Shown: one piece after another, positions 52,648 to 62,508 of the stretch
How positions within the stretch are numbered: the stretch's first letter is position 1
Layout: the number at the start of each line of letters is the position of its first letter
DNA from: Candidatus Aenigmatarchaeota archaeon
GTDB lineage: Archaea; Aenigmatarchaeota; Aenigmatarchaeia; CG10238-14; SCSR01
DNA length: 64,000 nucleotides
Assembly (NCBI GenBank): GCA_016177025.1
Contig: JACOWB010000007.1
Coordinates: forward strand, 7,751-71,750
Reading direction: 5' to 3'
Made by a program: the position numbers and the translations under genes
The notes under the pieces: model-generated
Database searches by the model: none
Seen by the model: the letters and a program-made list of their open reading frames with translations, nothing else
What the model was told of the DNA's origin: nothing

Positions 52648-53223
52648 TTACATCACTTTTTCCATTGAATACATTGGAATATACTTACCATTCCAAAAAT
52701 CACCTTTTGCGTGTTTTTTGGTTATTTTAAATCCGATTTTTTTATACAAGTTTACTGCTTTTAGATTGTTTTGATACACACCCAACCTTATTTTCCTTAC
52801 ACCTTCTTCTTTTGCCTGTTCAAATATGTCATAAGACAGTTTTGTCCCTATGCCCAGGCCTTGATATTCTGGGTGGACTGCTACCGCATAAGCACCTTCA
52901 TTATTTTTAACCGTCAAAAAACATATTCCTACAACTTTACTGTTGGAAAGAGCAACTGAAAACAGGAAATGCGTGGCAAACGAAATTTTTTTAAGCAATT
53001 TCTTTACAAATGGAATTGACGACAAGACTAAAACAACTTGACCCCTATAATATCTCCAGTTTTTCCATTTGAATTCCAAAAATCTCTGGTGAAACAATTC
53101 ATGAAATTTTGGATCTGATATGGCCCCATTATAAAACTTGCTAATCTTAACAATGTTTTTCAGAGATAACTTTTCAAATTCTATCTGGTCACTTATCTTA
53201 TTTTTTGCCAGTTTGGTTTTCAT
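52648..53223 (-). CDS. GNAT-family N-acetyltransferase
   Basis: VAVHPEYQGLGIGTKL and AVNLYKKIGF match GNAT motifs A and B. I prefer the start at MKTK (53223). Confidence 0.8.
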   Translation of the reverse strand: MKTKLAKNKISDQIEFEKLSLKNIVKISKFYNGAISDPKFHELFHQRFLEFKWKNWRYYRGQVVLVLSSIPFVKKLLKKISFATHFLFSVALSNSKVVGICFLTVKNNEGAYAVAVHPEYQGLGIGTKLSYDIFEQAKEEGVRKIRLGVYQNNLKAVNLYKKIGFKITKKHAKGDFWNGKYIPMYSMEKVM

Positions 53224-53246
53224 GAAACAACGCCTGTCTAATAATA

Positions 53247-54368
53247 CTATATAACACCCGCTATCTTTTCGACATGCCATTCCCATGTGAACTGTTTCAC
53301 GTACATAATCCCATTTTCCTTGAATTTATTCGCCAATTCTTTATCAGTTAGTAATTTTTCAATCGCAATCGCAAGTTGTTTGCTATCCTTGGGGTTCACA
53401 ACAAGTCCGGTTTCATTATTCACAACGACACCCGTATCTTCAAACAAAGTCGTGGCCACAATCGGAACCCCAACCGCGGCAGCTTCGGTACACGGCATTC
53501 CCCAACCTTCCCCATAATAACTAGGTGCTACATAAATGTCACAATCCTTGTAGTAATAAGGCATGTCCTCTAGTTCTACTATGCCGGGAAAAATAAAGTT
53601 CTCCCGCAATTGAAATTCGTCAATCATTGTGTTTAATTTATCCAAGTACGGTTTGAATATGCTGGTCGCAGAGCCAGCGATTATTACTTTAAAATCTCTT
53701 CCATTCCCCTTCAAGATTTTACAGGCCTCAACCAAATATTCCAACCCTTTTTTTGGACGTATTCCAGCTGAAAAAAGTATAGGCGTATTCCCATTTATTC
53801 CAAATTTTCTTTTTACTGTGCCTGCTTCAACTTCTGGGTTAAATATGCCTGTATCTATGCCAAGAGGCGAATATACGATCTTACTTTCCTTTACTCCGAA
53901 ATGTGTATTCAAGTCCTTAATCATCTTTTTGTTTGTCACTATTATAGAATCTGCATATTTCGTCACGAGTTTATGTAAAAAATATCTTCCGATATTGATT
54001 ATTGAATTTGATCTAATAAACTTCTCAGCAAGCCCTAGATCATGGATTGTGACTACCAATTTTTTCCTTCTGAGAATCTTTGCGAATATGCCCAAAAAGC
54101 CGTGAAAATAAGTAGTTCCGAATATCGTATCATAGTCCAATCTAAGAGTGTTGAAGAGAGAGTGTAAAAAGAATCGTATTGCGTCAGGGAGAAAACTCCC
54201 GGTCTCCTTCACTCTTATTACATTATTTGTGTCCTCTATTTTATTCCTATAATAAGTGGTAATGATTTTTGTGTCGTGCCATTTCTTAAGTTTCGTAAAG
54301 CATTCATATGTATATAAACCTATACCCCCACCTAGGAACTGCCTTGAAATGATTAAGACCTTTTTCAT
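53247..54368 (-). CDS. GT-B glycosyltransferase (family 4 type)
   Basis: 373 aa. GGIGLYTY N-terminus and EGWGMPCTEAAAVGVPIVAT. Confidence 0.85.
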   Translation of the reverse strand: MKKVLIISRQFLGGGIGLYTYECFTKLKKWHDTKIITTYYRNKIEDTNNVIRVKETGSFLPDAIRFFLHSLFNTLRLDYDTIFGTTYFHGFLGIFAKILRRKKLVVTIHDLGLAEKFIRSNSIINIGRYFLHKLVTKYADSIIVTNKKMIKDLNTHFGVKESKIVYSPLGIDTGIFNPEVEAGTVKRKFGINGNTPILFSAGIRPKKGLEYLVEACKILKGNGRDFKVIIAGSATSIFKPYLDKLNTMIDEFQLRENFIFPGIVELEDMPYYYKDCDIYVAPSYYGEGWGMPCTEAAAVGVPIVATTLFEDTGVVVNNETGLVVNPKDSKQLAIAIEKLLTDKELANKFKENGIMYVKQFTWEWHVEKIAGVI

Positions 54369-54513
54369 AGATTAACAAATGAATCATTAAGGTTTTAAAA
54401 TTTATGGATAAAGCAGAGCGCCAAGTGATAGAATTTTTTAGGTGCTTCACAGAAAATTCATTCAAGCTAAAGTAAAAGTATTTAAATATAATTACCTATA
54501 ATTAGGTCTAATT

Positions 54514-54648
54514 ATGACTAATGGAAAAGATTACACAACGGTTTCAATCCCCACATCACTTTTCGGTAAAATTGAGAAAAAAATAAAGAAATTAGGTGGA
54601 TTTAGGTCTGTTTCTGAATTTGTGATGTACGTCTTGCGTGCTCTCTGA
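54514..54648 (+). CDS. ribbon-helix-helix (CopG/Arc-like) small DNA-binding protein
   Basis: 44 aa, hand-translated: MTNGKDYTTVSIPTSLFGKIEKKIKKLGGFRSVSEFVMYVLRAL. It shows the beta-strand, helix, G and helix pattern of RHH proteins. Confidence 0.55.
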   Translation: MTNGKDYTTVSIPTSLFGKIEKKIKKLGGFRSVSEFVMYVLRAL

Positions 54649-54684
54649 ATAATCTCATGGATAACGATTTAAAAGAGATGGAAA

Positions 54685-55404
54685 ATGGCAAACAAATTGA
54701 TACTGGCATACCAGACGATGTGGAAATATCTCACATTTTTCAGATACAGGAACGGAATAAAAGTTCTAGAGAGAGAGTGGAACAACCTTATAATCCTTGA
54801 CTCGTGTAGGTATGATATCTTTGAAAGAATGAACACCATTAAAGGAAAACTCACAAAAGAAATAAGCAGGGGTTCGAATACTTTGGAATGGATAAGAGGG
54901 AATTTCAGGGGGCTCAAGAAAACTGATATTGATTACATATCTGCAAGTCCATACATATCTGAGGAGGTGCTGGCAAAGGAGATTGGACACAACCCTTTCA
55001 ATATAATAGATGTCTGGAACTGGGGATGGGATGATTCACTCAAAGTAGTTCATCCACAAACTATGGTGGATGCAGTCAAATCATATTACAAAGGCAATAG
55101 AACGGTGATACATTTTCTTCAGCCACACCAACCATTCTTAAACGGTGGAATAATTGAGATGAGTAAGGAAGAAATAATAAAAGCTTATGAAAGAAATCTT
55201 GAATTTGTGCTGAAGTATGTGAAAGACTTGGTGCCCATATTGAAAGGAAAAACTGTAATAATTGGTGACCATGGAGAATGCTATGGTGAATATTTCTTAT
55301 TCAAACATCCTTCTGTAAGGATAAAAGTCCTAAGGGAAGTTCCTTGGCTGGAAGTTGATGGAATGGATAAGGAAAACAAGGGGGTTGATTTAGATGGACA
55401 GTGA
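54685..55404 (+). CDS. alkaline-phosphatase-superfamily-like protein (sulfatase/PglZ-type core), short
   Basis: 239 aa. NLIILDSCRYDIFE is a metal-site strand, and VIIGDHGECYGE is a late GDHGE motif. Confidence 0.5.
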   Translation: MANKLILAYQTMWKYLTFFRYRNGIKVLEREWNNLIILDSCRYDIFERMNTIKGKLTKEISRGSNTLEWIRGNFRGLKKTDIDYISASPYISEEVLAKEIGHNPFNIIDVWNWGWDDSLKVVHPQTMVDAVKSYYKGNRTVIHFLQPHQPFLNGGIIEMSKEEIIKAYERNLEFVLKYVKDLVPILKGKTVIIGDHGECYGEYFLFKHPSVRIKVLREVPWLEVDGMDKENKGVDLDGQ

Positions 55405-56191
55405 AAATAAAGAGTTTATAGACAAACACGATTTGGCTGACAAGTTCAGTTCACAGAGAACCGACAGGTGTATAATGTTAATGAGACCTGAAGTGAGGGC
55501 ACTTGTAGATTTACCTTTAGACGAGAAAATAAAGAAATCTAATGAGGTGATAAACGAAGCACTTGGAAAGTTTGGCAGGGTTGGTCTTGGATTCAGTGGA
55601 GGAACAGACAGTTTAGTGCTACTCCATATGGTAAGGCAGTTCAAACCTAATATACCATGCATATTTGTTGATACACAATTCGAGTTTCCAGAAACATACG
55701 ACTTTGTCAATAAAGTAGTTCTTGAGTGGAATATAACTGACTATCAGAAAGTCAGAGCAGAAAAGAATCGGCTAGAAGAGTTTAAACAAAAGTTTGGCTT
55801 TAAAACCCCAGAGTTTATTGTAGCCCACGATGGCTATCATAAGATAGAACCTATGGTAAAGGCGATTGAAGACAGGAGGTTTGACGCCTTTTTCGTAGGC
55901 TTGAGGGGAGTGGAGCATGAAGAGAGGGCAAAGGAAATATTCTTCTCGCCAAGGAAGAACCCCGAACATATCAGAATCCATCCATTGCTGTTTTGGAAAA
56001 AAAGTGATGTTCTGGATTATGTGAAAAAATTTAACCTTGAATGCAATCCTCTCTATGCTAAAGGGTACACATCCCTTGGGGACACCATATCCACAGAAAT
56101 AAACACGGATCCGAATGCGCATGAAAGAGCTGGAAGAGGAATTGTTAGGGAAACTGTGATGAAAAGGCTAAGAGACCTTGGATATACATGA
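55394..56191 (+). CDS. PAPS-reductase-family PP-loop protein
   Basis: 265 aa. VGLGFSGGTDSLVLLHMV is an SGGxDS PP-loop. Also RVRAEKNR, and a C-terminal ...NPLYAKGYTSLGD. It overlaps the upstream gene by 11 nt. Confidence 0.75.
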   Translation: MDSENKEFIDKHDLADKFSSQRTDRCIMLMRPEVRALVDLPLDEKIKKSNEVINEALGKFGRVGLGFSGGTDSLVLLHMVRQFKPNIPCIFVDTQFEFPETYDFVNKVVLEWNITDYQKVRAEKNRLEEFKQKFGFKTPEFIVAHDGYHKIEPMVKAIEDRRFDAFFVGLRGVEHEERAKEIFFSPRKNPEHIRIHPLLFWKKSDVLDYVKKFNLECNPLYAKGYTSLGDTISTEINTDPNAHERAGRGIVRETVMKRLRDLGYT

Positions 56192-56300
56192 TAATATGGA
56201 AGAAAACAAAGACTTGTCAGGACGAAAGCTATATTTGAAGAATGTAAGCACGTTCCATATTCTTTGATAATTTAGTATAAGCCTATTTATCGATTCACCT

Positions 56301-56972
56301 TTAATTTTTTTCCACAAGAAATATTGTCTGGTCGTCCTCTATTTTCACAGATTTTTTGACATTGTGGCCAATTTCTTTATAAATTCTAGGGTAGTCATGT
56401 GTCCAATTATGTTCGGCAAGGTTTCCCTTAAAATCCTTTTTAAAGAACTCCATATTTAGAACATGCCTTTTTGAAACCCTAAGAAGTTCTTTCATTGCTT
56501 CTCTGATTTTATCCGGAGGAACATGCATGAGTACTTCTGATGTAAAAACCAAATCAAACGATCTGTCTGGGAAATCAAGTTTGTAAATGCTTCCTTGGTG
56601 TAGCTCCACTTTTTTATCACCTATGTAATTTTTGGCATTCTCAATCTGATCGTTGCTCAGGTCGATTCCTACTATCTTCTCCAGTTCAAAATTATTGTTT
56701 ACAAGTTTGAGTATTCTTCCAAAACCGCATCCTACTTCCAAGATGCTTTTGAACTCTAATGTTTTGAGGGCGCCCAACAAGAGCTTTTCATTCGCTAGAT
56801 AACCCCGTTTTTCCATTTCAGACAAACCGTTATACCAGTTATAATATACTTTCCCTCGTTTCGTCCAGTATTTTTCAGGATTGAATTTTATGATTTTCCT
56901 AATTGTTCTTTTAGCTATCGCATTCCTATATTTCCTGATGTTGTTTAATAATTTCATCCAATCAACCATCAA
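56301..56972 (-). CDS. class I SAM-dependent methyltransferase
   Basis: 223 aa. ILEVGCGFGR, IVGIDLS and FDLVFTSEVLMHV. Confidence 0.8.
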   Translation of the reverse strand: MMVDWMKLLNNIRKYRNAIAKRTIRKIIKFNPEKYWTKRGKVYYNWYNGLSEMEKRGYLANEKLLLGALKTLEFKSILEVGCGFGRILKLVNNNFELEKIVGIDLSNDQIENAKNYIGDKKVELHQGSIYKLDFPDRSFDLVFTSEVLMHVPPDKIREAMKELLRVSKRHVLNMEFFKKDFKGNLAEHNWTHDYPRIYKEIGHNVKKSVKIEDDQTIFLVEKN

Positions 56973-57072
56973 TATGCTGTCTGCGATTATATGCTAATCC
57001 AGATTTATATACCATTTTATAACAGAGAATTAATTTTAAAAAGTTTATTAGTTTGATAGCTGTTGATAATTT

Positions 57073-58140
57073 ATGAAAATTGCAATACTGCACGATTCTT
57101 TTATCGAGAGGGGCGGGTCGGAAAGATCAACCTTGTTGGCAGCAAAACACCTCAATGCCGACGTATACACGACTTACATAGATAGAAAAAATGTCGACAT
57201 AAATTTGAATGGCATTAATATATCAGAGCTCGGTCTTAGTTTCAAGAGAGCCAAATTACTGACCTTTACAGAAATCGCACTAAAATTTCTAAATTTCAAA
57301 CCGGATAATTATGACATGTTCTTGTTTACAGACTATCATGCCATTTCCGCCGCCAAATTCTGTCATCCTAATATTTGGATATGCAACAGTCCAATTCGAA
57401 TTTTGTACGATTTGCACGACCTTGTTTACAAGAGATTGAGCCTTGCTCAAAAGCCGATTTTTGATCTTTGGTGCAGAATATATAAACAGTTTCATCAGAA
57501 ATGGGTAAGAGACATAGATAAAACGGTTGCCATATCTCAGAATGTCGCCAAAAGGATAAGCAAGTATTACAAAATAAAGCCAAACGTCATATATCCACCA
57601 GTTGAAACTGAAAAATTCAAATTCAAGTCTTATGAGGACTTCTATCTTGCCCCTGGAAGGTTAATGAGAGAAAAAAGGATTGACCTAATTATCGATGCAT
57701 TCAAGGATTTACCAGACAAAAATCTCGTTATTGTTGGCGATGGCCCAGAAAGAAGCACACTTATGAAGAGAGCATCTGGCAGCGGTAATATTCAATTTTT
57801 AGGAACAGTCAGCTTTGATTCTTTGGTCAACCTGTATTCTAGATGTACAGCAACCATATACATGCCTTTTAACGAGGACTTTGGGTTAGTTCCAGTCGAG
57901 TCTATGGCCTCAGGTAAACCTTGCATAGCAGTAAATGAAGGAGGGTGCAGAGAAGCAATAATTAACAAGAGAACAGGATTCTTAATCAAGCCCACTAGAG
58001 ATGAGCTAAGAAAATATGTCAATATTCTCACACCAGAAAATGCGAATGAAATGAAAAATGAGTGTATAAAAAGATCTAAGATGTTCGATGTTGAAGTTTT
58101 TGTTAAAACCATTAAAAAAGAGATGCGATCTATCGCTTGA
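57073..58140 (+). CDS. GT-B glycosyltransferase (family 4 type)
   Basis: 355 aa. RGGSERS N-terminus and EDFGLVPVESMASGKPCIA. Confidence 0.85.
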   Translation: MKIAILHDSFIERGGSERSTLLAAKHLNADVYTTYIDRKNVDINLNGINISELGLSFKRAKLLTFTEIALKFLNFKPDNYDMFLFTDYHAISAAKFCHPNIWICNSPIRILYDLHDLVYKRLSLAQKPIFDLWCRIYKQFHQKWVRDIDKTVAISQNVAKRISKYYKIKPNVIYPPVETEKFKFKSYEDFYLAPGRLMREKRIDLIIDAFKDLPDKNLVIVGDGPERSTLMKRASGSGNIQFLGTVSFDSLVNLYSRCTATIYMPFNEDFGLVPVESMASGKPCIAVNEGGCREAIINKRTGFLIKPTRDELRKYVNILTPENANEMKNECIKRSKMFDVEVFVKTIKKEMRSIA

Positions 58141-58774
58141 TAACTTTGCCAACACCAATCAAAATCTGAGGATCACTGTTTACCTGCAGTTCATGTATAT
58201 CTGAATTTCTGTTATAACCAATTAATCTTTCGAATATGCCCCTACCTGGAAAAGCCAGAAACCATTTTGATTGCCCAAAAATGCGCACACCGCCAAATTT
58301 TTGGTTAAACATTCTAATGAACATCCCTTTCTTGAAGTTACTTACATGATATTTATTTTTTACAATCTCAAACTTGTAGTTTGGAGTCGACATAACAACA
58401 GTTCCATTCTGTTTGGTTATTCTTTTTATTTCATCTATGAACTTTCCCCAATCTTTAATATGTTCAATTGTTTCAAACGAGACCACAACATCAAAATAGT
58501 TATCCTTAAATTGCATCTTAGTAGCATCCATGACAAGAAACTTTCCTGAATACTTGCCTTTCGAATAAGCAATCGCATCTTTCGAGTTGTCTACGCCAAT
58601 GACCTCTTTTGCTTTGTGTTTTGCTAAATATTCAGTACCATATCCCGTCCCGCAAGCCACATCTAGAACTCTCTTATTTTTAACGAATTTGCTTGCAAAC
58701 ACATATCTTTTAAGATGTTGTTCAAAATTTTGCGAATCTTCACCTACCCGTTCGATTATTTTCGAATCTAGCAT
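58130..58774 (-). CDS. class I SAM-dependent methyltransferase
   Basis: 214 aa. VLDVACGTGYG, VIGVDNS and FDVVVSFETIEHI. Confidence 0.82.
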   Translation of the reverse strand: MLDSKIIERVGEDSQNFEQHLKRYVFASKFVKNKRVLDVACGTGYGTEYLAKHKAKEVIGVDNSKDAIAYSKGKYSGKFLVMDATKMQFKDNYFDVVVSFETIEHIKDWGKFIDEIKRITKQNGTVVMSTPNYKFEIVKNKYHVSNFKKGMFIRMFNQKFGGVRIFGQSKWFLAFPGRGIFERLIGYNRNSDIHELQVNSDPQILIGVGKVIKR

Positions 58775-58820
58775 ACTAAATAAATAAACGATAAGTTAAT
58801 AAACGACGGTTGACCATGTT

Positions 58821-59846
58821 CTAAACGTATCTGAAATAAACTAGAAAGAGTGCAACTATAGAAACAACTACTTGTAGCAAAATTAACGATAACGCAACTT
58901 GTTTTTCTGTCATCGGCTTCAAAATCATAAAGAAGTGTGTTAAGCTATATATTTTCTTACCATATGGGGGATTAAGTTTTCCATCAGCTCTAATTTTGCC
59001 TAGGCAACTGGCTTTAAATCCAGACCGTAATTTCAGGAAGAACTCGACAATAAAAGGAAGCAAAAGAAGAATACCTAATTTTTCCATATTACCAACGATT
59101 ATGCCACTTACAACTAATGCGCCAAGAAGGTAAGTAAGAGAGTCTCCGGGCAAAATTTTCGCAGGGAACCAATTATAAAAAACAAATGCAATCAGAGAGA
59201 CCGTCACAATTAGAAACAAAGGAGCTATGCTATTTTGACTCATCAAGGCAAACAAAGCAAGAGCTGCCATATACACAATTCCCATTCCAGTTTCTGAACC
59301 ATTGAAACCACCTAGCATATTAATTGCATTACTTGCTCCAACAACTCCTATGGGGATTAGCAACAATGGGTATATGATGCCAAAGTCTACAGCTCCTATA
59401 AAAGGCAGAGACATGGTCGAAACACCAGCACTTACGACCATCAAAGGAATAGCACCTGGCAATGTGAGAATCGGCTTAAGCCATTGTGGAAGACCAACCC
59501 GAATATCCATTTCATTTTTACTCTTTGTCATTTTCGAACGTACATTCAAATCATCAAACAATCCAACTAAGGTCACTATGAGTACAGATGATATGATAGC
59601 AAAAAGATACAGCACTTCATTCGAAACTCCATATAGAAAAGTTGTTAGTCCTATGTAGGTTAAAAGGCCAGCCAAGATACCGATTGATACGCACATGCCT
59701 CCAGAAGACGGCAACTTCGGCTTATCCTTTTTATGTTGGTCGATACCAACTATACCAGCATTAAGCAAAAATTTGATTAAAAATCGCGTGGCAAAAAAAG
59801 TAGCAAGAAATGCTACAATTAGAGAAATCAGAATGACAAATACCAT
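58821..59846 (-). CDS. aglH: UDP-GlcNAc:dolichyl-phosphate GlcNAc-1-phosphotransferase (MraY/WecA/GPT family)
   Basis: 341 aa, polytopic. FDDLN and NAINMLGGFNGSETG motifs. Confidence 0.88.
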   Translation of the reverse strand: MVFVILISLIVAFLATFFATRFLIKFLLNAGIVGIDQHKKDKPKLPSSGGMCVSIGILAGLLTYIGLTTFLYGVSNEVLYLFAIISSVLIVTLVGLFDDLNVRSKMTKSKNEMDIRVGLPQWLKPILTLPGAIPLMVVSAGVSTMSLPFIGAVDFGIIYPLLLIPIGVVGASNAINMLGGFNGSETGMGIVYMAALALFALMSQNSIAPLFLIVTVSLIAFVFYNWFPAKILPGDSLTYLLGALVVSGIIVGNMEKLGILLLLPFIVEFFLKLRSGFKASCLGKIRADGKLNPPYGKKIYSLTHFFMILKPMTEKQVALSLILLQVVVSIVALFLVYFRYV

Positions 59847-59857
59847 TTAGACCATCA

Positions 59858-61471
59858 CTAATTATCATATATCACTTCATAGATTATATTGCCATCACAA
59901 CCACCTTGTTGTAAGCACTGGTCTAGTGGCGGCCCATTTTCATAAACTGGTTTGAATATTTCTGGATTATTTTCCAAAAGTTGCACAAAGCTTACTGAAT
60001 AGCTCTCTCTTGACGGTTGTTGGCTTAAGCTGAATTTTTGGATGAAGAAATGCGTTATACCATGCATTTCTGAGAAATCTCGGATAGATTCCGGATTGGG
60101 GTTCAATCTTATATCAGCAAAACCAGCAGCTATAGTTCTCTGGCAGCTATATGCAGCTCTATGCCCCCAGAAAGTCATTAGCCTCACGTCTTCGTCTAAA
60201 TTTTCTTTTACCCAGTCGCACGCCTCGAAAAATAGTGGTGAAAATGTTTTAACGTTTTCCATCGACTGCAATTTGCTAGTGATGCTTTGATAACCAAAGA
60301 ATAGAACTAGACCTATGACAGCTAAACCCAGATATGTCTGGTATTTTCGCAAAAATTTATATATCTCGTTCCAGTATATGGCACTTACTATGGCTATGAA
60401 AGGTGTCCATGGAAGCAATTGTCTTACAGTATCTTCTGTCCTCGATGATGTTTGATAAAGTGCAACTAGTCCTAAAAACAACATTATCAACAAAACAGCT
60501 CTTGTTTCACCACTATGGTGTTTTATTAATGCAATTAACCCCCCAAAGAATCCTATTAAAATAAACCATATGTTACCATATGCAAAATTTATAAAGTTTT
60601 GGAGGCCGAAACTTAGCAACTCATTTTCTGATCCTCCAGCCAAGGTCCTAACTTCGAATTTGTAGTTTTCCTCAAACTGCTTGAGCACACAACCGTCCTC
60701 ATCAAACAATGGGAGTTGTTGGCATTCAGGTGTTCCATAATAGTAAAAATTTCTTAATAGAAAAGGGGTCGTAACAAGCAAAAATACCACACCAAAAAGC
60801 AGATAATTCTTGAAGTTGGGAAGAAATTTTCTTTCGGATAGCAGACTATACAAAAACAGAATAGGTACAAATAAAAGAATTATAATCCCTGCATGTTTGG
60901 TTAAAAACGTTAATCCCGCGAATAGAGCAGACAGGACCAAATACCTCCTATTTTTTTCTTTCACCCCGATGGCAAATGTCAAGGCAAACAAAGACATGAA
61001 AAAAGTAAGAAGCATTTCATCAAACGTCAAAACAGAATAAGTCACAAATGACGGCAGCGTGACCAACACGAGGGACGATATAATACCTATTTCTATGTTG
61101 AACAATCTTTTAGCCAGCAAAAACACAGAGATGCCAACTAGCAGAGCTAGTAATGGCGGGAATGCTTTAAGAATGATTTCATGGTTTCCAAATACAAAAA
61201 GAAAGCTAGCCTCTAAAATGTTAAACAGTGGCGGTCTCGCATAACTACTTTTTGAGAGCGGCGTATACTCAAATGGAGTCCAAATTGGATATTCCTTATT
61301 CTCTGATATCCATTGCGCCATTCTTGCGTGGAAGCCTTCATCACCAAATGTAATCTGAGTCTTTAGAGACGTATTCAGTTCAAGGACAAAGAAAACTCCC
61401 AGCAAAATCAAAAAGGCAAGCAGAAGTGTGCTGTTATAATTGAACCCCATTTTTAGTTGCATCTCCACCAT
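59858..61471 (-). CDS. GT-C fold glycosyltransferase (family 39 / ArnT-PMT-like)
   Basis: 537 aa with about 12 TM helices. An early loop carries GDEGFH (the DE motif), and there is a soluble C-terminal domain. The start is uncertain (61450-61471). Confidence 0.72.
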   Translation of the reverse strand: MVEMQLKMGFNYNSTLLLAFLILLGVFFVLELNTSLKTQITFGDEGFHARMAQWISENKEYPIWTPFEYTPLSKSSYARPPLFNILEASFLFVFGNHEIILKAFPPLLALLVGISVFLLAKRLFNIEIGIISSLVLVTLPSFVTYSVLTFDEMLLTFFMSLFALTFAIGVKEKNRRYLVLSALFAGLTFLTKHAGIIILLFVPILFLYSLLSERKFLPNFKNYLLFGVVFLLVTTPFLLRNFYYYGTPECQQLPLFDEDGCVLKQFEENYKFEVRTLAGGSENELLSFGLQNFINFAYGNIWFILIGFFGGLIALIKHHSGETRAVLLIMLFLGLVALYQTSSRTEDTVRQLLPWTPFIAIVSAIYWNEIYKFLRKYQTYLGLAVIGLVLFFGYQSITSKLQSMENVKTFSPLFFEACDWVKENLDEDVRLMTFWGHRAAYSCQRTIAAGFADIRLNPNPESIRDFSEMHGITHFFIQKFSLSQQPSRESYSVSFVQLLENNPEIFKPVYENGPPLDQCLQQGGCDGNIIYEVIYDN

Positions 61472-62432
61472 ACTTTGTCAAGAAATATTTATAGAAGTCC
61501 TTTTTCGTACTTCTTATAATTTTACAATTTTTAACAACTTTGTTCAACACATCTACCATGCCCCTTTCCACAAACTGCGGGTCAAAATTATTCAAATAAG
61601 AATATGCAAAGAAGGTTTCTTTGGTAAAATGATCTCCAAGCAAAGAATGTAAAGTTGCTGAGACCATTTTGTTTATCGCTGTTTTTTTATCCACTTTTGC
61701 GACACCGTTTCCCCATTCAAGGAAATAAATGTCTCCAAGCTTCCCGCTCTTTTCTATCGGCAACAGTTTTGACAGGTCTATTCTAAGATTCGGATCTATA
61801 TACAAGTGTAAAGGTGGCAACTTGGCTATGAGATATTTCATAAAAACCTTAGACTTGTCAATCATAGACAATTTGAGATTCTCAATATTTTTAGAATGAA
61901 AGAAAATACCCGCCTTATGTGGAAAAGAATAGACATTGCCATCTTTCCCTACAATAACAGCATCGTCTCCTAAAACCCCAAAATCCTTTCCAGCCAAACC
62001 GAAAATAGTAGACGATTTGCCCATTTCAGACCAAGCAGTAATAAGTAAAGCTTTGCCTTCCTTTGTCAAACCGCCCGCATGAACAAATGTGCATCCTTTT
62101 TGGAGCAGTTTAAGCTGTAGTAAATAAGTTACTAATCCAGCAACACCGAACATGCTATGCGTGAATTTAGTGAAGTAAAACTCAGTTCTATCCCCTTTAA
62201 TGTTTTTGAGAAGCAACTTTTGTATACTTTTACCATAAAAAGGATATTCCAAATAAAGCGTATCATTACCGCCAGAGAACTTCAGTCCAAGTTTATTTGA
62301 TTCACTCTTGTCAAAAGAAAAATCACCCTGCTTAATAACCAAATCTATCTTTTTTGGCTTTCCTTCAAAGAATTCAGGCAGAATTCTAATGTTCGATTCT
62401 ACACCTATTAAATTATGTATGTTGTAGTACAA
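61434..62432 (-). CDS. HprK-related P-loop kinase-like protein
   Basis: 332 aa. VHAGGLTKEGKALLITAWSEMGKSSTIFGLAGKDFGVLGDDAVIV mirrors the HPr-kinase C-terminal domain pattern HA..v...G.avLl.G.SG.GKS....L...G..l.DD. Confidence 0.55.
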   Translation of the reverse strand: MYYNIHNLIGVESNIRILPEFFEGKPKKIDLVIKQGDFSFDKSESNKLGLKFSGGNDTLYLEYPFYGKSIQKLLLKNIKGDRTEFYFTKFTHSMFGVAGLVTYLLQLKLLQKGCTFVHAGGLTKEGKALLITAWSEMGKSSTIFGLAGKDFGVLGDDAVIVGKDGNVYSFPHKAGIFFHSKNIENLKLSMIDKSKVFMKYLIAKLPPLHLYIDPNLRIDLSKLLPIEKSGKLGDIYFLEWGNGVAKVDKKTAINKMVSATLHSLLGDHFTKETFFAYSYLNNFDPQFVERGMVDVLNKVVKNCKIIRSTKKDFYKYFLTKYGGDATKNGVQL

Positions 62433-62508
62433 TTTTCCCGCCTTATAATTAACTCCAACACAAGGTTAAATATCTTACCTTTTAATCCTTTCAGAGTATT
62501 TGATAACT

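Noticed and set aside
56193-56261. 9-bp inverted repeat AATATGGAA / TTCCATATT between convergent genes
   Set aside because: It is short, AT-rich and has a 51-nt loop, so it is expected by chance in this composition. At most it is a weak terminator structure.
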